Virus record (IMG/VR): IMGVR_UViG_3300007992_000014
Location: 1 to 25,290 of that record
DNA: 25,290 nt
Reading direction: 5' to 3' (one strand)
From: a virus
Lineage: Duplodnaviria; Caudoviricetes
The notes beneath the pieces were generated by a model, which saw nothing but the letters and a program-made list of their open reading frames with translations, ran no database searches and was not told the DNA's origin. A program made the position numbers and the translations under genes. Positions 1 through 9,294 of this stretch are shown one piece after another. Position 1 is the first letter of the stretch, and every line of letters begins with the position of its first letter.

Positions 1-1164
1 GATTCGGATGTTACAAAAAGAAACGCCAATGGACAGACTCGTTCAGGACTCTATTCTTTGTTCATACCTATGGAATGGAACTACGAAGGATACATTGATT
101 CTTATGGCTTACCTGTATTCGACACACCAAAAAACAAAGTCGAGGATCCACACGGAACAAGAATAACGCAAGGTGTAATAAATTATTGGAACAATGAGGT
201 TGAAGGTTTAAAAGACGATCAAGACGGTTTAAATGAATTTTATAGACAGTTTCCACGTACAACTAAGCACGCATTTAGAGACGAGTCTAAACAATCTTTG
301 TTTAATCTAACAAAAATATATCAACAAATAGATCATAATGAAGATAATAGAAACTCATTAAACGTAACAAAAGGTAGTTTTCAATGGGAAAATAGCCAAA
401 AAGATACTAGAGTTGTTTTTATGCCAAGTAAAAACGGTAGGTTCTTAATAACATGGGTTCCGCCATCTCACTTGCAAAATAAAAGATATATAAAAAATGG
501 AGTTAATTATCCTGGAAATGAACACTGTGGAGCATTTGGTTGTGATCCATATGATATATCAGGTACCGTAGATGGTAAAGGTTCTAATGGAGCTTTGCAT
601 GGTTTAACAAAATTTAGCTTAGAAGAGGTTCCACCCAATCATTTCTTTTTAGAATATATAGCTAGACCTCAAACTGCTGAAATATTTTTTGAAGATGTAT
701 TAATGGCTTGCGTATTTTATGGTATGCCAATATTAGCAGAGAATAATAAACCAAGATTATTATATCATTTTAAAAGAAGAGGTTACAGAGGTTTTGCAAT
801 GAACAGACCTGATAAAAAAATAAATAAATTATCTATAACAGAAAGAGAAATAGGTGGAATACCAAACTCTAGCGAAGATATAAAACAATCTCACGCTTCT
901 GCAATAGAAACATATATAGAACACTTTGTTGGATTAAAGGAAAGTGGATATGGAGATGTTTATTTCCAAAGAACATTAGAAGACTGGGCTCAATTTAACA
1001 TAAATAATAGAACAACACATGATGCTTCTATTAGTTCAGGCTTAGCTTTAATGGCTTGCAATAAACATAGATATTCTCCAGTAAACAAGATAGAGTTACC
1101 CTCGATTGATCTTGGTATAAAAAAATACGATAACAAAGGAACTACATCAAAAATTATAAGTTAA
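1..1164 (+). CDS. terL: Terminase large subunit, C-terminal part with RNase H-like nuclease domain; 5'-truncated by the window
   Basis: Frame is open from base 1 (DSDVTKRNANGQTRSGLYSLFIPM...), so the ORF-track start at 58 is not the true start. Acidic nuclease motifs FGCDPYD, LAENN and THDASISSGLA. Stop overlaps the portal start (TAATG at 1162-1166). Confidence 0.9.
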   Translation, partial: DSDVTKRNANGQTRSGLYSLFIPMEWNYEGYIDSYGLPVFDTPKNKVEDPHGTRITQGVINYWNNEVEGLKDDQDGLNEFYRQFPRTTKHAFRDESKQSLFNLTKIYQQIDHNEDNRNSLNVTKGSFQWENSQKDTRVVFMPSKNGRFLITWVPPSHLQNKRYIKNGVNYPGNEHCGAFGCDPYDISGTVDGKGSNGALHGLTKFSLEEVPPNHFFLEYIARPQTAEIFFEDVLMACVFYGMPILAENNKPRLLYHFKRRGYRGFAMNRPDKKINKLSITEREIGGIPNSSEDIKQSHASAIETYIEHFVGLKESGYGDVYFQRTLEDWAQFNINNRTTHDASISSGLALMACNKHRYSPVNKIELPSIDLGIKKYDNKGTTSKIIS

Positions 1165-3554
1165 TGAATATATATACTAACACCAATAGTGCTTTCCCTA
1201 GTCAAGTAGTGAGTGATGCAGAAAAAGCAAGTATTGAATACGGTAGTCAAGTAGCTATGGCTATTGAATACGAGTGGTTTCGCTCAGGAAGAACTGCTGG
1301 TAATAGATACTTAACTAATTGGAATAATTTTCATGATTTAAGGTTGTATGCTCGTGGAGAACAAAGTATACAAAAATACAAAGATGAATTATCTATAAAT
1401 GGTGATTTATCTTATTTAAATTTAGACTGGAAGCCAGTTCCAATATTATCTAAGTTTGTTGATATAGTTGTAAATGGTATATCCTCAAAAACATATGATA
1501 TAAAGGCATACGCTCAAGATCCTTCTTCTGTAAAGAAAAGAACAGAATACGCTTCTAAGCTACAAGAAGATATGGTTGCTAAAGAATTTTTAGATGGACT
1601 AAAGTCTACGCTAGGTATAGATTTATATCAAAGTCCAAACCCAGAAACAATACCTGAAACTCCAGAAGAATTAGAGTTACACATGCAACTTTCTTACAAG
1701 CAGTCTGTTGAAATAGCAGAAGAAGAAGCTATATCTACTGTTTTAGCTCAAAACAAATACGATTTAATAAGACGTAGAATAAACATGGATCTTACAACAA
1801 TAGGTATTGCTGCTAGTAAAACTAGCTTTAATATAGCCGAAGGTGTTACTGTTGACTATGTAGATCCAGCTTATATGGTTTATTCTTACACAGAAGATCC
1901 AAACTTTGAAAATATATATTACGCTGGTGAATTAAAATCTATAACAATACCTGAGCTTAAAAAAGAGTTTCCCAACATATCCAGTAAAGAACTGGAAAGA
2001 ATACAAAAAATGCCAGGCAACAGATCTTATGTTACTGGTTGGGGTGATTACGACGAAAACACTGTTCAAGTATTATATTTTGACTACAAAACGTATCACA
2101 ATCAAGTTTTTAAAATAAAACAAACTGATCAAGGTTTAATGAAAGCCTTAGAAAAACCAGACACGTTTAATCCACCGGAAAATGATAACTTTGAAAGAGT
2201 ATCTAGGTCTATTGAGGTTTTATATAGTGGAGCAAAAATATTAGGTACAGACACTATGTTAGAGTGGAAGTTGTCAGAAAACATGACTAGACCTCACGCT
2301 GATACAACTAGAGTAGAAATGAATTACGCTTTATGTGCACCTAGAATATATAAAGGTAGAATAGAATCTTTAGTAAGCAAGTGCGTAGGTTTTGCTGATA
2401 TGATACAATTGACTCATTTAAAGCTGCAACAAGTTTTATCTCGTATGGTGCCAGATGGTGTGTATTTAGATATGGACGGACTTGCAGAAGTTGATTTAGG
2501 TAATGGCACAAACTACAACCCTGCAGAAGCACTTAATATGTACTTTCAAACTGGTTCTATTGTAGGTAGATCTTTAACTCAAGAAGGTGAGTTCAACCAA
2601 GGTAAAGTACCTATACAAGAACTTAATAGCTCAAGTGGTCAAGCTAAAATAGCGGCGCTTATACAAACGTATCAGTATTATTTACAAATGATACGCGATG
2701 TAACCGGACTTAACGAAGCAAGGGATGGCACTACGCCAGATAAAGGAACTTTAGTAGGTTTGCAGAAAATGGCCGCTAACGCATCCAATGTAGCTACTAG
2801 ACATATAAAGCAGTCTAGTTTATATTTAACTCTTAGAATAGCAGAGAACATAGCCTTAAAACTAGCAGACGCACTGCAGTTTCCATTAACTAAAAACGCT
2901 TTACAAAACTCTATATCAACATATAACATAAAAACTTTAGAAGAAGTTGCTAGGTTAAATCTTCATGACTTTGGTATATTTTTAGAACTAGAGCCTGATG
3001 AAGAAGAACAAGCGAAATTAGAAGAAAATATACAAGTTGCTTTGCAGAAAGGTGGTATTGATTTAGAGGATGCTATAGACTTAAGGCAGATAAAAAACCT
3101 TAAATTAGCTAATCAAATGCTTAAAATTAAGCGTAAGAAAAAAGCTAAACAAGACCAAGCAGCTCAACAAGCAAACATAAAAGCACAGGCAGATGCTCAA
3201 GCAGAAACAGCAGAAAAAACAGCTATGGCTGAAGTGCAAAAGCAAGAAGCCATATCTGGATCTAACGTTCAGTTTGAGCAAGCTAAGTCTCAATTTGAAA
3301 TGCAAAGGATGCAAATTGCTGCTCAGATAAAGCAACAAGAAATGAAAATACAACATCAGTATGACTTAGAGCTTAAGCAGATGGATATTCAGCAAATACA
3401 ACAAAAAGAAGATAAAATAGAAAACCGTAAAGATCAAAGAACTAAAATACAGGCTACACAACAAAGTGAGATGATAAGTCAAAGGAATAATAAAACAGCT
3501 CCTATAGATTTTGAAGCCCCAAACACTGCTAAGCAGTTTCCAACAGTTTTATAA
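1164..3554 (+). CDS. Portal protein (796 aa) with a long Q/K/E-rich C-terminal coiled coil (P22-like barrel)
   Basis: Directly after terL and translationally coupled to it; size; portal-like segments (LDWKPVPILSKFVDIVVNG, IRDVTGLNEARDG); helical Q-rich C-terminus. Confidence 0.88.
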   Translation: MNIYTNTNSAFPSQVVSDAEKASIEYGSQVAMAIEYEWFRSGRTAGNRYLTNWNNFHDLRLYARGEQSIQKYKDELSINGDLSYLNLDWKPVPILSKFVDIVVNGISSKTYDIKAYAQDPSSVKKRTEYASKLQEDMVAKEFLDGLKSTLGIDLYQSPNPETIPETPEELELHMQLSYKQSVEIAEEEAISTVLAQNKYDLIRRRINMDLTTIGIAASKTSFNIAEGVTVDYVDPAYMVYSYTEDPNFENIYYAGELKSITIPELKKEFPNISSKELERIQKMPGNRSYVTGWGDYDENTVQVLYFDYKTYHNQVFKIKQTDQGLMKALEKPDTFNPPENDNFERVSRSIEVLYSGAKILGTDTMLEWKLSENMTRPHADTTRVEMNYALCAPRIYKGRIESLVSKCVGFADMIQLTHLKLQQVLSRMVPDGVYLDMDGLAEVDLGNGTNYNPAEALNMYFQTGSIVGRSLTQEGEFNQGKVPIQELNSSSGQAKIAALIQTYQYYLQMIRDVTGLNEARDGTTPDKGTLVGLQKMAANASNVATRHIKQSSLYLTLRIAENIALKLADALQFPLTKNALQNSISTYNIKTLEEVARLNLHDFGIFLELEPDEEEQAKLEENIQVALQKGGIDLEDAIDLRQIKNLKLANQMLKIKRKKKAKQDQAAQQANIKAQADAQAETAEKTAMAEVQKQEAISGSNVQFEQAKSQFEMQRMQIAAQIKQQEMKIQHQYDLELKQMDIQQIQQKEDKIENRKDQRTKIQATQQSEMISQRNNKTAPIDFEAPNTAKQFPTVL

Positions 3555-3559
3555 CTGTT
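3542..3559 (+). other. Small hairpin overlapping the portal stop codon
   Basis: AACAGTT-ttat-AACTGTT, a perfect 7-bp inverted repeat; AT-rich and weak. Confidence 0.35.
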
Positions 3560-3585
3560 TATTAATTATTTAATTATATTATATT

Positions 3586-4779
3586 ATGTCAGAAGAAGTA
3601 AAAACAAATGAACCTGTTAAACAGGAAGGTGAGTTTAAATTAAAAAAGAAAACACCTAAAAAGTTTGCAAAAACAAGTAACGAACCTGTTAAAGTAAACG
3701 TCAAAGAACCTTTGGTTGAATTAGAATCAGAGATTAAAAAAGTAGTAATACCTAAAAAAGAAGAAGATGCCATTCAAGTCGGAGAAACAGAGGAAGTATC
3801 TGTGGAAGAACCATCCGGAGATAGCACAAAGGTGGGAGAACCTATACAAGAGTCCAACGAGGATGTTGAAGGGTTTTCTCCAATCAAAGAAGTCGAAGTA
3901 AAAGAGGTTGAACAAGAATTAGAAAAAGCTATACAAGAAGAAAAAATACTTGGAAAAGCTTTACCAGAAAACATTGAAAAACTAGTTTCTTTTATGGAAG
4001 AAACAGGTGGAACTATTGAAGATTACACAAGATTAAATGCTGATTATTCTTCAGTAGATGAAAATATATTATTAAAAGAGTATTATAAAAAATCTAAACC
4101 TCATTTAGATGATGAGGAAATAAACTTTATCATGGAAGATAATTTTTCATTTGATGAAGATATAGATGAACAGCGAGAAGTCCGTAAAAAGAAACTCGCA
4201 AAAAAAGAAGAAATTGCAAAAGCTAAAAACTTTTTAGAGGAAACGAAGAAAAAATATTACGACGAAATCAAGTTGAGACCCGGCGTTACTCAAGACCAAA
4301 AAAAAGCTACAGACTTTTTCAATAGATACAATAAGCAGCAAGAAAAAGCAGAGCAACAACACGCAAGGTTTAAAGAAGATACTAAACAACTGTGTAACAA
4401 CGAATTCGAAGGTTTCGATATAAAAGTTGGAGAAAAAAGTTATAAGTATAATATTCAAAATCGAGACAAAGTTGCAGAAAACCAATCAAGTATTAACAAC
4501 CTAGTCGGGAAGTTCCTAGACTCTGAAGGTAATGTTAAAGACACGAAAGGTTATCACAAAGCTATGTACGCCGCTGATAACGTAGATAAAATCGCCGCTC
4601 ATTTTTATGAACAAGGAAAAGCTGATGCCATTAAAGACGTTGTTAATAAATCAAAAAATCCAAGTGATTCTCTAGCTAGAAAGTCTCAAGGTGATGTGTT
4701 TATTAACGGTTTTAAAGTTAAAGCTATTAGTGGTGCAGATTCTACAAAACTTAAAATAAAAACAAAAAAATTTAACTAA
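3586..4779 (+). CDS. Probable capsid scaffolding protein (397 aa, very E/K-rich, helical)
   Basis: Between portal and major capsid genes; low-complexity acidic N-terminus, charged coiled coil and basic C-terminal tip (KLKIKTKKFN), as typical of scaffolds. Confidence 0.72.
   Translation: MSEEVKTNEPVKQEGEFKLKKKTPKKFAKTSNEPVKVNVKEPLVELESEIKKVVIPKKEEDAIQVGETEEVSVEEPSGDSTKVGEPIQESNEDVEGFSPIKEVEVKEVEQELEKAIQEEKILGKALPENIEKLVSFMEETGGTIEDYTRLNADYSSVDENILLKEYYKKSKPHLDDEEINFIMEDNFSFDEDIDEQREVRKKKLAKKEEIAKAKNFLEETKKKYYDEIKLRPGVTQDQKKATDFFNRYNKQQEKAEQQHARFKEDTKQLCNNEFEGFDIKVGEKSYKYNIQNRDKVAENQSSINNLVGKFLDSEGNVKDTKGYHKAMYAADNVDKIAAHFYEQGKADAIKDVVNKSKNPSDSLARKSQGDVFINGFKVKAISGADSTKLKIKTKKFN
3767..3901 (+). 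CDS. Overprinted 44-aa basic protein in the +1 frame of the scaffold gene: MPFKSEKQRKYLWKNHPEIAQRWENLYKSPTRMLKGFLQSKKSK
   Basis: ATG 3767 to TAA 3899-3901; A-rich leader with A at -3; resembles from memory a widespread small phage protein type (MPFKS..QR..(L/M)..N.PE.A..W); scaffold codon usage becomes G/C-ending across this stretch. Confidence 0.7.
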   Translation: MPFKSEKQRKYLWKNHPEIAQRWENLYKSPTRMLKGFLQSKKSK

Positions 4780-4795
4780 TTAAAAACTTAAAATT

Positions 4796-6271
4796 ATGAG
4801 TTTATCTCCACAATTCGGAGGGTTAATCCCTTCACAAGTTCAGGAGGTATTGAACAGCAACTACCTACAATTTAACGGTGGTGGTGGTGCTGGTGATACA
4901 AACACCTTTGCACAACAATACTTACCTGAAGTATACGAACAAGAAGTAGAGCGTTATGGAAACAGAACGTTATCTGGATTCTTAAGAATGGTTGGCGCTG
5001 AAATGCCAATGACATCTGATCAAGTAATTTGGTCTGAGCAAAATAGATTACACATCGCTTACACAGGCGTTGGTGTAGCTGTTGGACCAGGTGCTGGAAA
5101 TGACACAGCTATAACTTTACCAGCTGCACAAGCTAACGTTGTTTCTATTAACGATACAATTGTTATTTTAGATCCTGTAACTGGAGCTGAAGCTAAAGCT
5201 ATTGTACAAGATTCTGGTGCTTACACAGCTTCTGGACTTGGTGCTCAAGTTCTTACTGTACAAACTTTTGATAATGTAGCTCTTATCCCTGCAAACGGAT
5301 GGTCAGCTGCTTTAGATAAAAAAGTATTTGTATACGGTTCTGATTACAGAAAAGGAACTGATACTGTTCAAGGTAGCGTTACTGCTTTAAACCAAGGACG
5401 TATAAGTGTTGATCCTCAGCTTACACAATACTCTAACTCACCAATCATATTAAGAAGCCAGTACGTAGTATCTGGATCTGATATGGCTCAAATTGGATGG
5501 GTAGAAGTTGCAACTGAAGACGGAACATCTGGATACTTATGGTACTTAAAAGCTGAGTCTGAAACAAGACTACGTTTTGAAGATTACCTAGAAATGAGTA
5601 TGGTAGAAGCTGAATTTAACCAAGTTGGTGGTGCTGCAGGAGTTGCTGCAAGCCCAGGATCTGAAGGTTTATTTGCTGCTATCCAAGCTAGAGGTAACGT
5701 ACAATCAGGATTTACAGCTGCTGCTGGTCTTGATGAGTTCGATGCTATTCTTAAAAACTTAGACACTCAAGGTGCTATTGAAGAAAACATGCTTTTCTTA
5801 CAGAGACAAACTGCTCTTGATTTTGATGATATGCTAGCTAGCATCTCTGGTGGATACGCTGGAGGAACTGCTTTTGGTTTATTTGAAAATTCAGAAGAAA
5901 TGGCTCTTAACCTTGGATTCTCAGGATTCAGAAGAGGTTCTTACGATTTTTACAAAACTGATTGGAAATACTTAAATGACGCTTCTACACGTGGTGCTAT
6001 CAATGGTATTAATTCAATTGAAGGCGTATTAATTCCTGCTGGAACTTCAACAGTATATGATCAAATCTTAGGAACTAATATCCGTAGACCTTTCTTACAC
6101 GTACGTTATAGAGCTTCACAAGCTGACGACAGAAGAATGAAGTCTTGGTTAACTGGTTCTGCTGGTGGTGCATTTACTTCAACTCTTGATGCTATGGAAG
6201 TAAACTTCCTATCAGAAAGATGTTTAGTAACTCAAGCTGCTAACAACTTTGTATTATTCAAAGGAATCTAA
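4796..6271 (+). CDS. Major capsid protein (491 aa, probable HK97 fold with an insertion domain)
   Basis: Follows the scaffold; strongly biased codon usage (GCT, GGT, TAC, AAC, TTC) typical of highly expressed genes; size; followed by a GC-rich hairpin. Confidence 0.88.
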   Translation: MSLSPQFGGLIPSQVQEVLNSNYLQFNGGGGAGDTNTFAQQYLPEVYEQEVERYGNRTLSGFLRMVGAEMPMTSDQVIWSEQNRLHIAYTGVGVAVGPGAGNDTAITLPAAQANVVSINDTIVILDPVTGAEAKAIVQDSGAYTASGLGAQVLTVQTFDNVALIPANGWSAALDKKVFVYGSDYRKGTDTVQGSVTALNQGRISVDPQLTQYSNSPIILRSQYVVSGSDMAQIGWVEVATEDGTSGYLWYLKAESETRLRFEDYLEMSMVEAEFNQVGGAAGVAASPGSEGLFAAIQARGNVQSGFTAAAGLDEFDAILKNLDTQGAIEENMLFLQRQTALDFDDMLASISGGYAGGTAFGLFENSEEMALNLGFSGFRRGSYDFYKTDWKYLNDASTRGAINGINSIEGVLIPAGTSTVYDQILGTNIRRPFLHVRYRASQADDRRMKSWLTGSAGGAFTSTLDAMEVNFLSERCLVTQAANNFVLFKGI

Positions 6272-6285
6272 TTGATTCAACAAAT

Positions 6286-6333
6286 GTAATTCTTACCCTC
6301 GTTGAACTGACGGGGGTAATTATTACTCTTATT
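6286..6333 (+). terminator. Stem-loop after the major capsid gene (probable intrinsic terminator or stabilising hairpin)
   Basis: TTACCCTCGT (6293-6302) pairs with ACGGGGGTAA (6310-6319) with one G-U; outer GTAAT/ATTAC pairing; only a broken U-tract. Confidence 0.65.
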
Positions 6334-6355
6334 AACATTTATATTATATTATATT

Positions 6356-7174
6356 ATGGCTAAACAAGCTAAAGCAGAAGCTGTTGAGGTTGCACCTCAA
6401 GAGGTAGCGGTAAAAACTGCACCTAAAAAACCAACAAAACCTAGTTGGGAAATAAAAGACAGAATCTATTATCTTAAAGGGAATAAAACACCATTAACTT
6501 ATACTATACCTGGTAGGCATACAAAAAAGCACGCGTTGCTTTATTTTGATGAAAAAATAGGTAAGCAAAGAGAATTAAGATATGCAACAAACCAAGACTC
6601 ACCGCTTGTAGATGAACAAAATGGAGAGTGTACGATGGGGCATATTATATTTAAAGATGGTAAAATGATAGTAGATAAATCTAAACAAAATTTACAAAAG
6701 TTATTATCTCTATACCACCCATTAAAAGATAAAGTGTATAATGAATTTAGCGCAGTTGCATTAGCTGAAGATGAACGAGACATACTTAACAGTCAAGTAG
6801 AGGCTATGAATTCAGCTTTAACAATGGACGTGGATTTTGCAGAAGCTATATTAAGAGTTGAAGTAGGATCTAAGGTAAACGAAATGAGTTCTAAAGAAAT
6901 AAAAAGAGATGTTTTATTGTTTGCTAGACAAAACCCTTCGTTGTTTATATCGTTAGCTAATGATGAAAATGTTCAACTTAGAAACTTTGCTATTAGAGCT
7001 AATGAATTAGGTATAATAAAAATGTCTTCAGATCAGAGATCATTCTTATGGGGTACAAATGGCAGAAAATTAATGTCTGTTCCTTTTGATGAAAACCCTT
7101 ATTCAGCATTTGCCGCTTGGTTAAAAACTGATGAAGGAGTAGAAGTTTATAGATCTATAGATAAAAAACTATAA
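6356..7174 (+). CDS. Hypothetical protein (272 aa) downstream of the major capsid gene; possibly an assembly or minor head factor
   Basis: Clean ORF with phage codon usage; position only, no recognised motif. Confidence 0.6.
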   Translation: MAKQAKAEAVEVAPQEVAVKTAPKKPTKPSWEIKDRIYYLKGNKTPLTYTIPGRHTKKHALLYFDEKIGKQRELRYATNQDSPLVDEQNGECTMGHIIFKDGKMIVDKSKQNLQKLLSLYHPLKDKVYNEFSAVALAEDERDILNSQVEAMNSALTMDVDFAEAILRVEVGSKVNEMSSKEIKRDVLLFARQNPSLFISLANDENVQLRNFAIRANELGIIKMSSDQRSFLWGTNGRKLMSVPFDENPYSAFAAWLKTDEGVEVYRSIDKKL

Positions 7175-7194
7175 AAACAAGTGATACTATATAT

Positions 7195-7216
7195 AGGCGG
7201 TTTAGGCCGCCTTTTT
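7195..7216 (+). terminator. Rho-independent terminator
   Basis: AGGCGGT-ttag-GCCGCCT GC-rich stem running into a T-tract, about 20 nt after the stop at 7174. Confidence 0.8.
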
Positions 7217-7236
7217 AGTATATAAAAATAAAATAA

Positions 7237-8049
7237 ATGGCAATAAGTGTAAACACAGTATATCAAACAGTTCTATATATATTAAATAAAGAGCAAAGAG
7301 GTTACGCACCTCCAGACGAGTTTAATAGTATAGCTAACCAAGTACAACTTGAGATATTTAACTCTTATTTTCCAGACGGAAGTCAAATTAACCGTCAAAA
7401 CCAAAGAAACACTCAAAACGACACTGAGTATTTTAACACATTTGATAACCTTTCATATAGAATAACCCCATTTATACAAGAAGTAACATTACAATTACAA
7501 ACCACTCCAAATGGTGGTACTGCTGTATATGGTGATGGTATTAGTTTTTTCTACCCAGCAGTAGATCCTACAACTGGAAATGCAAATCCTGAAATATATT
7601 TGTTTGGACAAGTTACATTTACATACAATGGTAGTCCAAAATACGAATCTGTTGCTCAAAGAACTAGTAAAAAAGAGTACACTAGAATAGAAAAATCTAA
7701 ATTAACTAAACCAACAAGTAGTCATCCTATATATTACAATTACGGTGTATATAATCCTTCTGGAAACGTTAATTCTGGTTACTCTATTATAACCTCTCCG
7801 GTTCCTGATTCTGTAACTGCTAGTGTTGTAATGTGGCCAAATCCTCCAATATGGAATTTTACAGGAGGTTCTTACGGGCAGTACATATATAGCTCAAGCA
7901 ATTCTAATGACTTTAGTTTAGATATTTCTGAGCAAACTAATTTAGTTACAAATATATTAAAGTACTTCGGAATTGTAATTAACGATCCTACTATTATACA
8001 AACCGCTACACAAGAAGCGGCTAAAGTTGAACAAAACGAAAAAGCTTAA
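7237..8049 (+). CDS. Probable head-tail adaptor / tail ring protein (270 aa)
   Basis: Helical N-terminus (VYQTVLYILNKEQRGY..PDEFN..ANQVQLEIF), beta-rich middle and helical C-terminus, as in P22 gp4-like and crAss-like ring proteins; synteny. Confidence 0.62.
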   Translation: MAISVNTVYQTVLYILNKEQRGYAPPDEFNSIANQVQLEIFNSYFPDGSQINRQNQRNTQNDTEYFNTFDNLSYRITPFIQEVTLQLQTTPNGGTAVYGDGISFFYPAVDPTTGNANPEIYLFGQVTFTYNGSPKYESVAQRTSKKEYTRIEKSKLTKPTSSHPIYYNYGVYNPSGNVNSGYSIITSPVPDSVTASVVMWPNPPIWNFTGGSYGQYIYSSSNSNDFSLDISEQTNLVTNILKYFGIVINDPTIIQTATQEAAKVEQNEKA

Positions 8050-8052
8050 AAA

Positions 8053-9288
8053 ATGGGATTAATAACAGAAACTAACCAACAATATTACTCGGGCTCTCAA
8101 AGCTTTAGAGGTAATCCAGGCGACTCAGCTAATCAAAAATTTGCAACAACTTTTGACACTGATATAAAACTAGGCTCTACAACTAGTTGGAATCCAACCT
8201 ACATAAATTACTCAGCAAACAATTTTAAATTATACACAAGTCCAACTGGTTTACCCGGTACTTGGTCAGAGTGGATAACAGAACTAAAAGTTGAAAATAA
8301 TATCATAGAGCTAGTAGGTTTACCTGGGGCTAATGCTTATATTGTAGTTCAATTAAAGTCACTTAGTGGAGGTAAATATGGTAACACGGACACGCAAAAA
8401 GCATATGGCCAAGCTGTTGAAGATAATTATGGTGAATACGCTTATGTTAAGCTAGGTGACATAATAGATAATTACATGATTGGTTACGTTGGTGATGGTA
8501 AAATAATTCAAACAGCTAAAAAATCTGACGTATTATTTTTTGCAAAAAGATCTTTACAAGAATTTAGTTATGATACATTAAAAAGTATACACTCTAGCGA
8601 ATTAACTATACCTGAATCTTTGTCTTTAGCTATACCACAAGATTACGTAAACTACGTTAGAATGTCTTATATTGATCAGCTTGGAGTTAAAAGAATAATA
8701 TATCCAGCTAACAACTTAACTATAAATCCTTACAATACTTTTCTTCAGGACAAAGCAGGATCTCCTTTGCAAGATTCTTTAGCAGAAAACGTAGAAGGCG
8801 ACTCTATAACAGAAGAAAGATGGAGTAAAGCTAATGATAATTTAATAAATTCTCAGTTTTTTAACAACGACTATGGTGATGCTTATTCTTACTTTGGAAA
8901 TTTAAATGGATCTTTTAATTGGGGTAGACAATATGGTCTTGATCCTCAAAACGCACAATCTAACGGATGGTTTGGTATAGATGAAAGAGAAGGTAAATTC
9001 ACTTTTTCTAGTAACTTAACAGGTAGGTTAATTGTTTTAGAATATGTGTCAGATGGTTTAGCTTATGATATAGATACTAAAGTACCTAAATTAGCAGAAG
9101 ACGCTATGTACAAAAGCATATCTTATGGTTTAATAGCTAATAGAGCTGGTCAACAAGAATACGTGGTTCAAAGGTTTAAAAAAGAAAGATCAGCTGCTTT
9201 AAGAAACGCTAAGATAAGATTATCAAATATTAAGTTAGATGAAATAACTCAAGTAATGAGAGGTAAATCTAAATGGATAAAACACTAA
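8053..9288 (+). CDS. Probable second tail ring / tubular structural protein (411 aa)
   Basis: Adaptor-like pattern (AKRSLQEFSYD, IPQDYVNYVRMS, IVLEYVSDG, VPKLAEDAMYKSI); lies between adaptor and nozzle genes. Confidence 0.6.
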   Translation: MGLITETNQQYYSGSQSFRGNPGDSANQKFATTFDTDIKLGSTTSWNPTYINYSANNFKLYTSPTGLPGTWSEWITELKVENNIIELVGLPGANAYIVVQLKSLSGGKYGNTDTQKAYGQAVEDNYGEYAYVKLGDIIDNYMIGYVGDGKIIQTAKKSDVLFFAKRSLQEFSYDTLKSIHSSELTIPESLSLAIPQDYVNYVRMSYIDQLGVKRIIYPANNLTINPYNTFLQDKAGSPLQDSLAENVEGDSITEERWSKANDNLINSQFFNNDYGDAYSYFGNLNGSFNWGRQYGLDPQNAQSNGWFGIDEREGKFTFSSNLTGRLIVLEYVSDGLAYDIDTKVPKLAEDAMYKSISYGLIANRAGQQEYVVQRFKKERSAALRNAKIRLSNIKLDEITQVMRGKSKWIKH

Positions 9289-9294
9289 AATTTA

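Noticed and set aside
58-60. TTG start of the terminase at 58
   Set aside because: The frame is open upstream to base 1 and the ATPase domain is missing, so the gene starts before the window.
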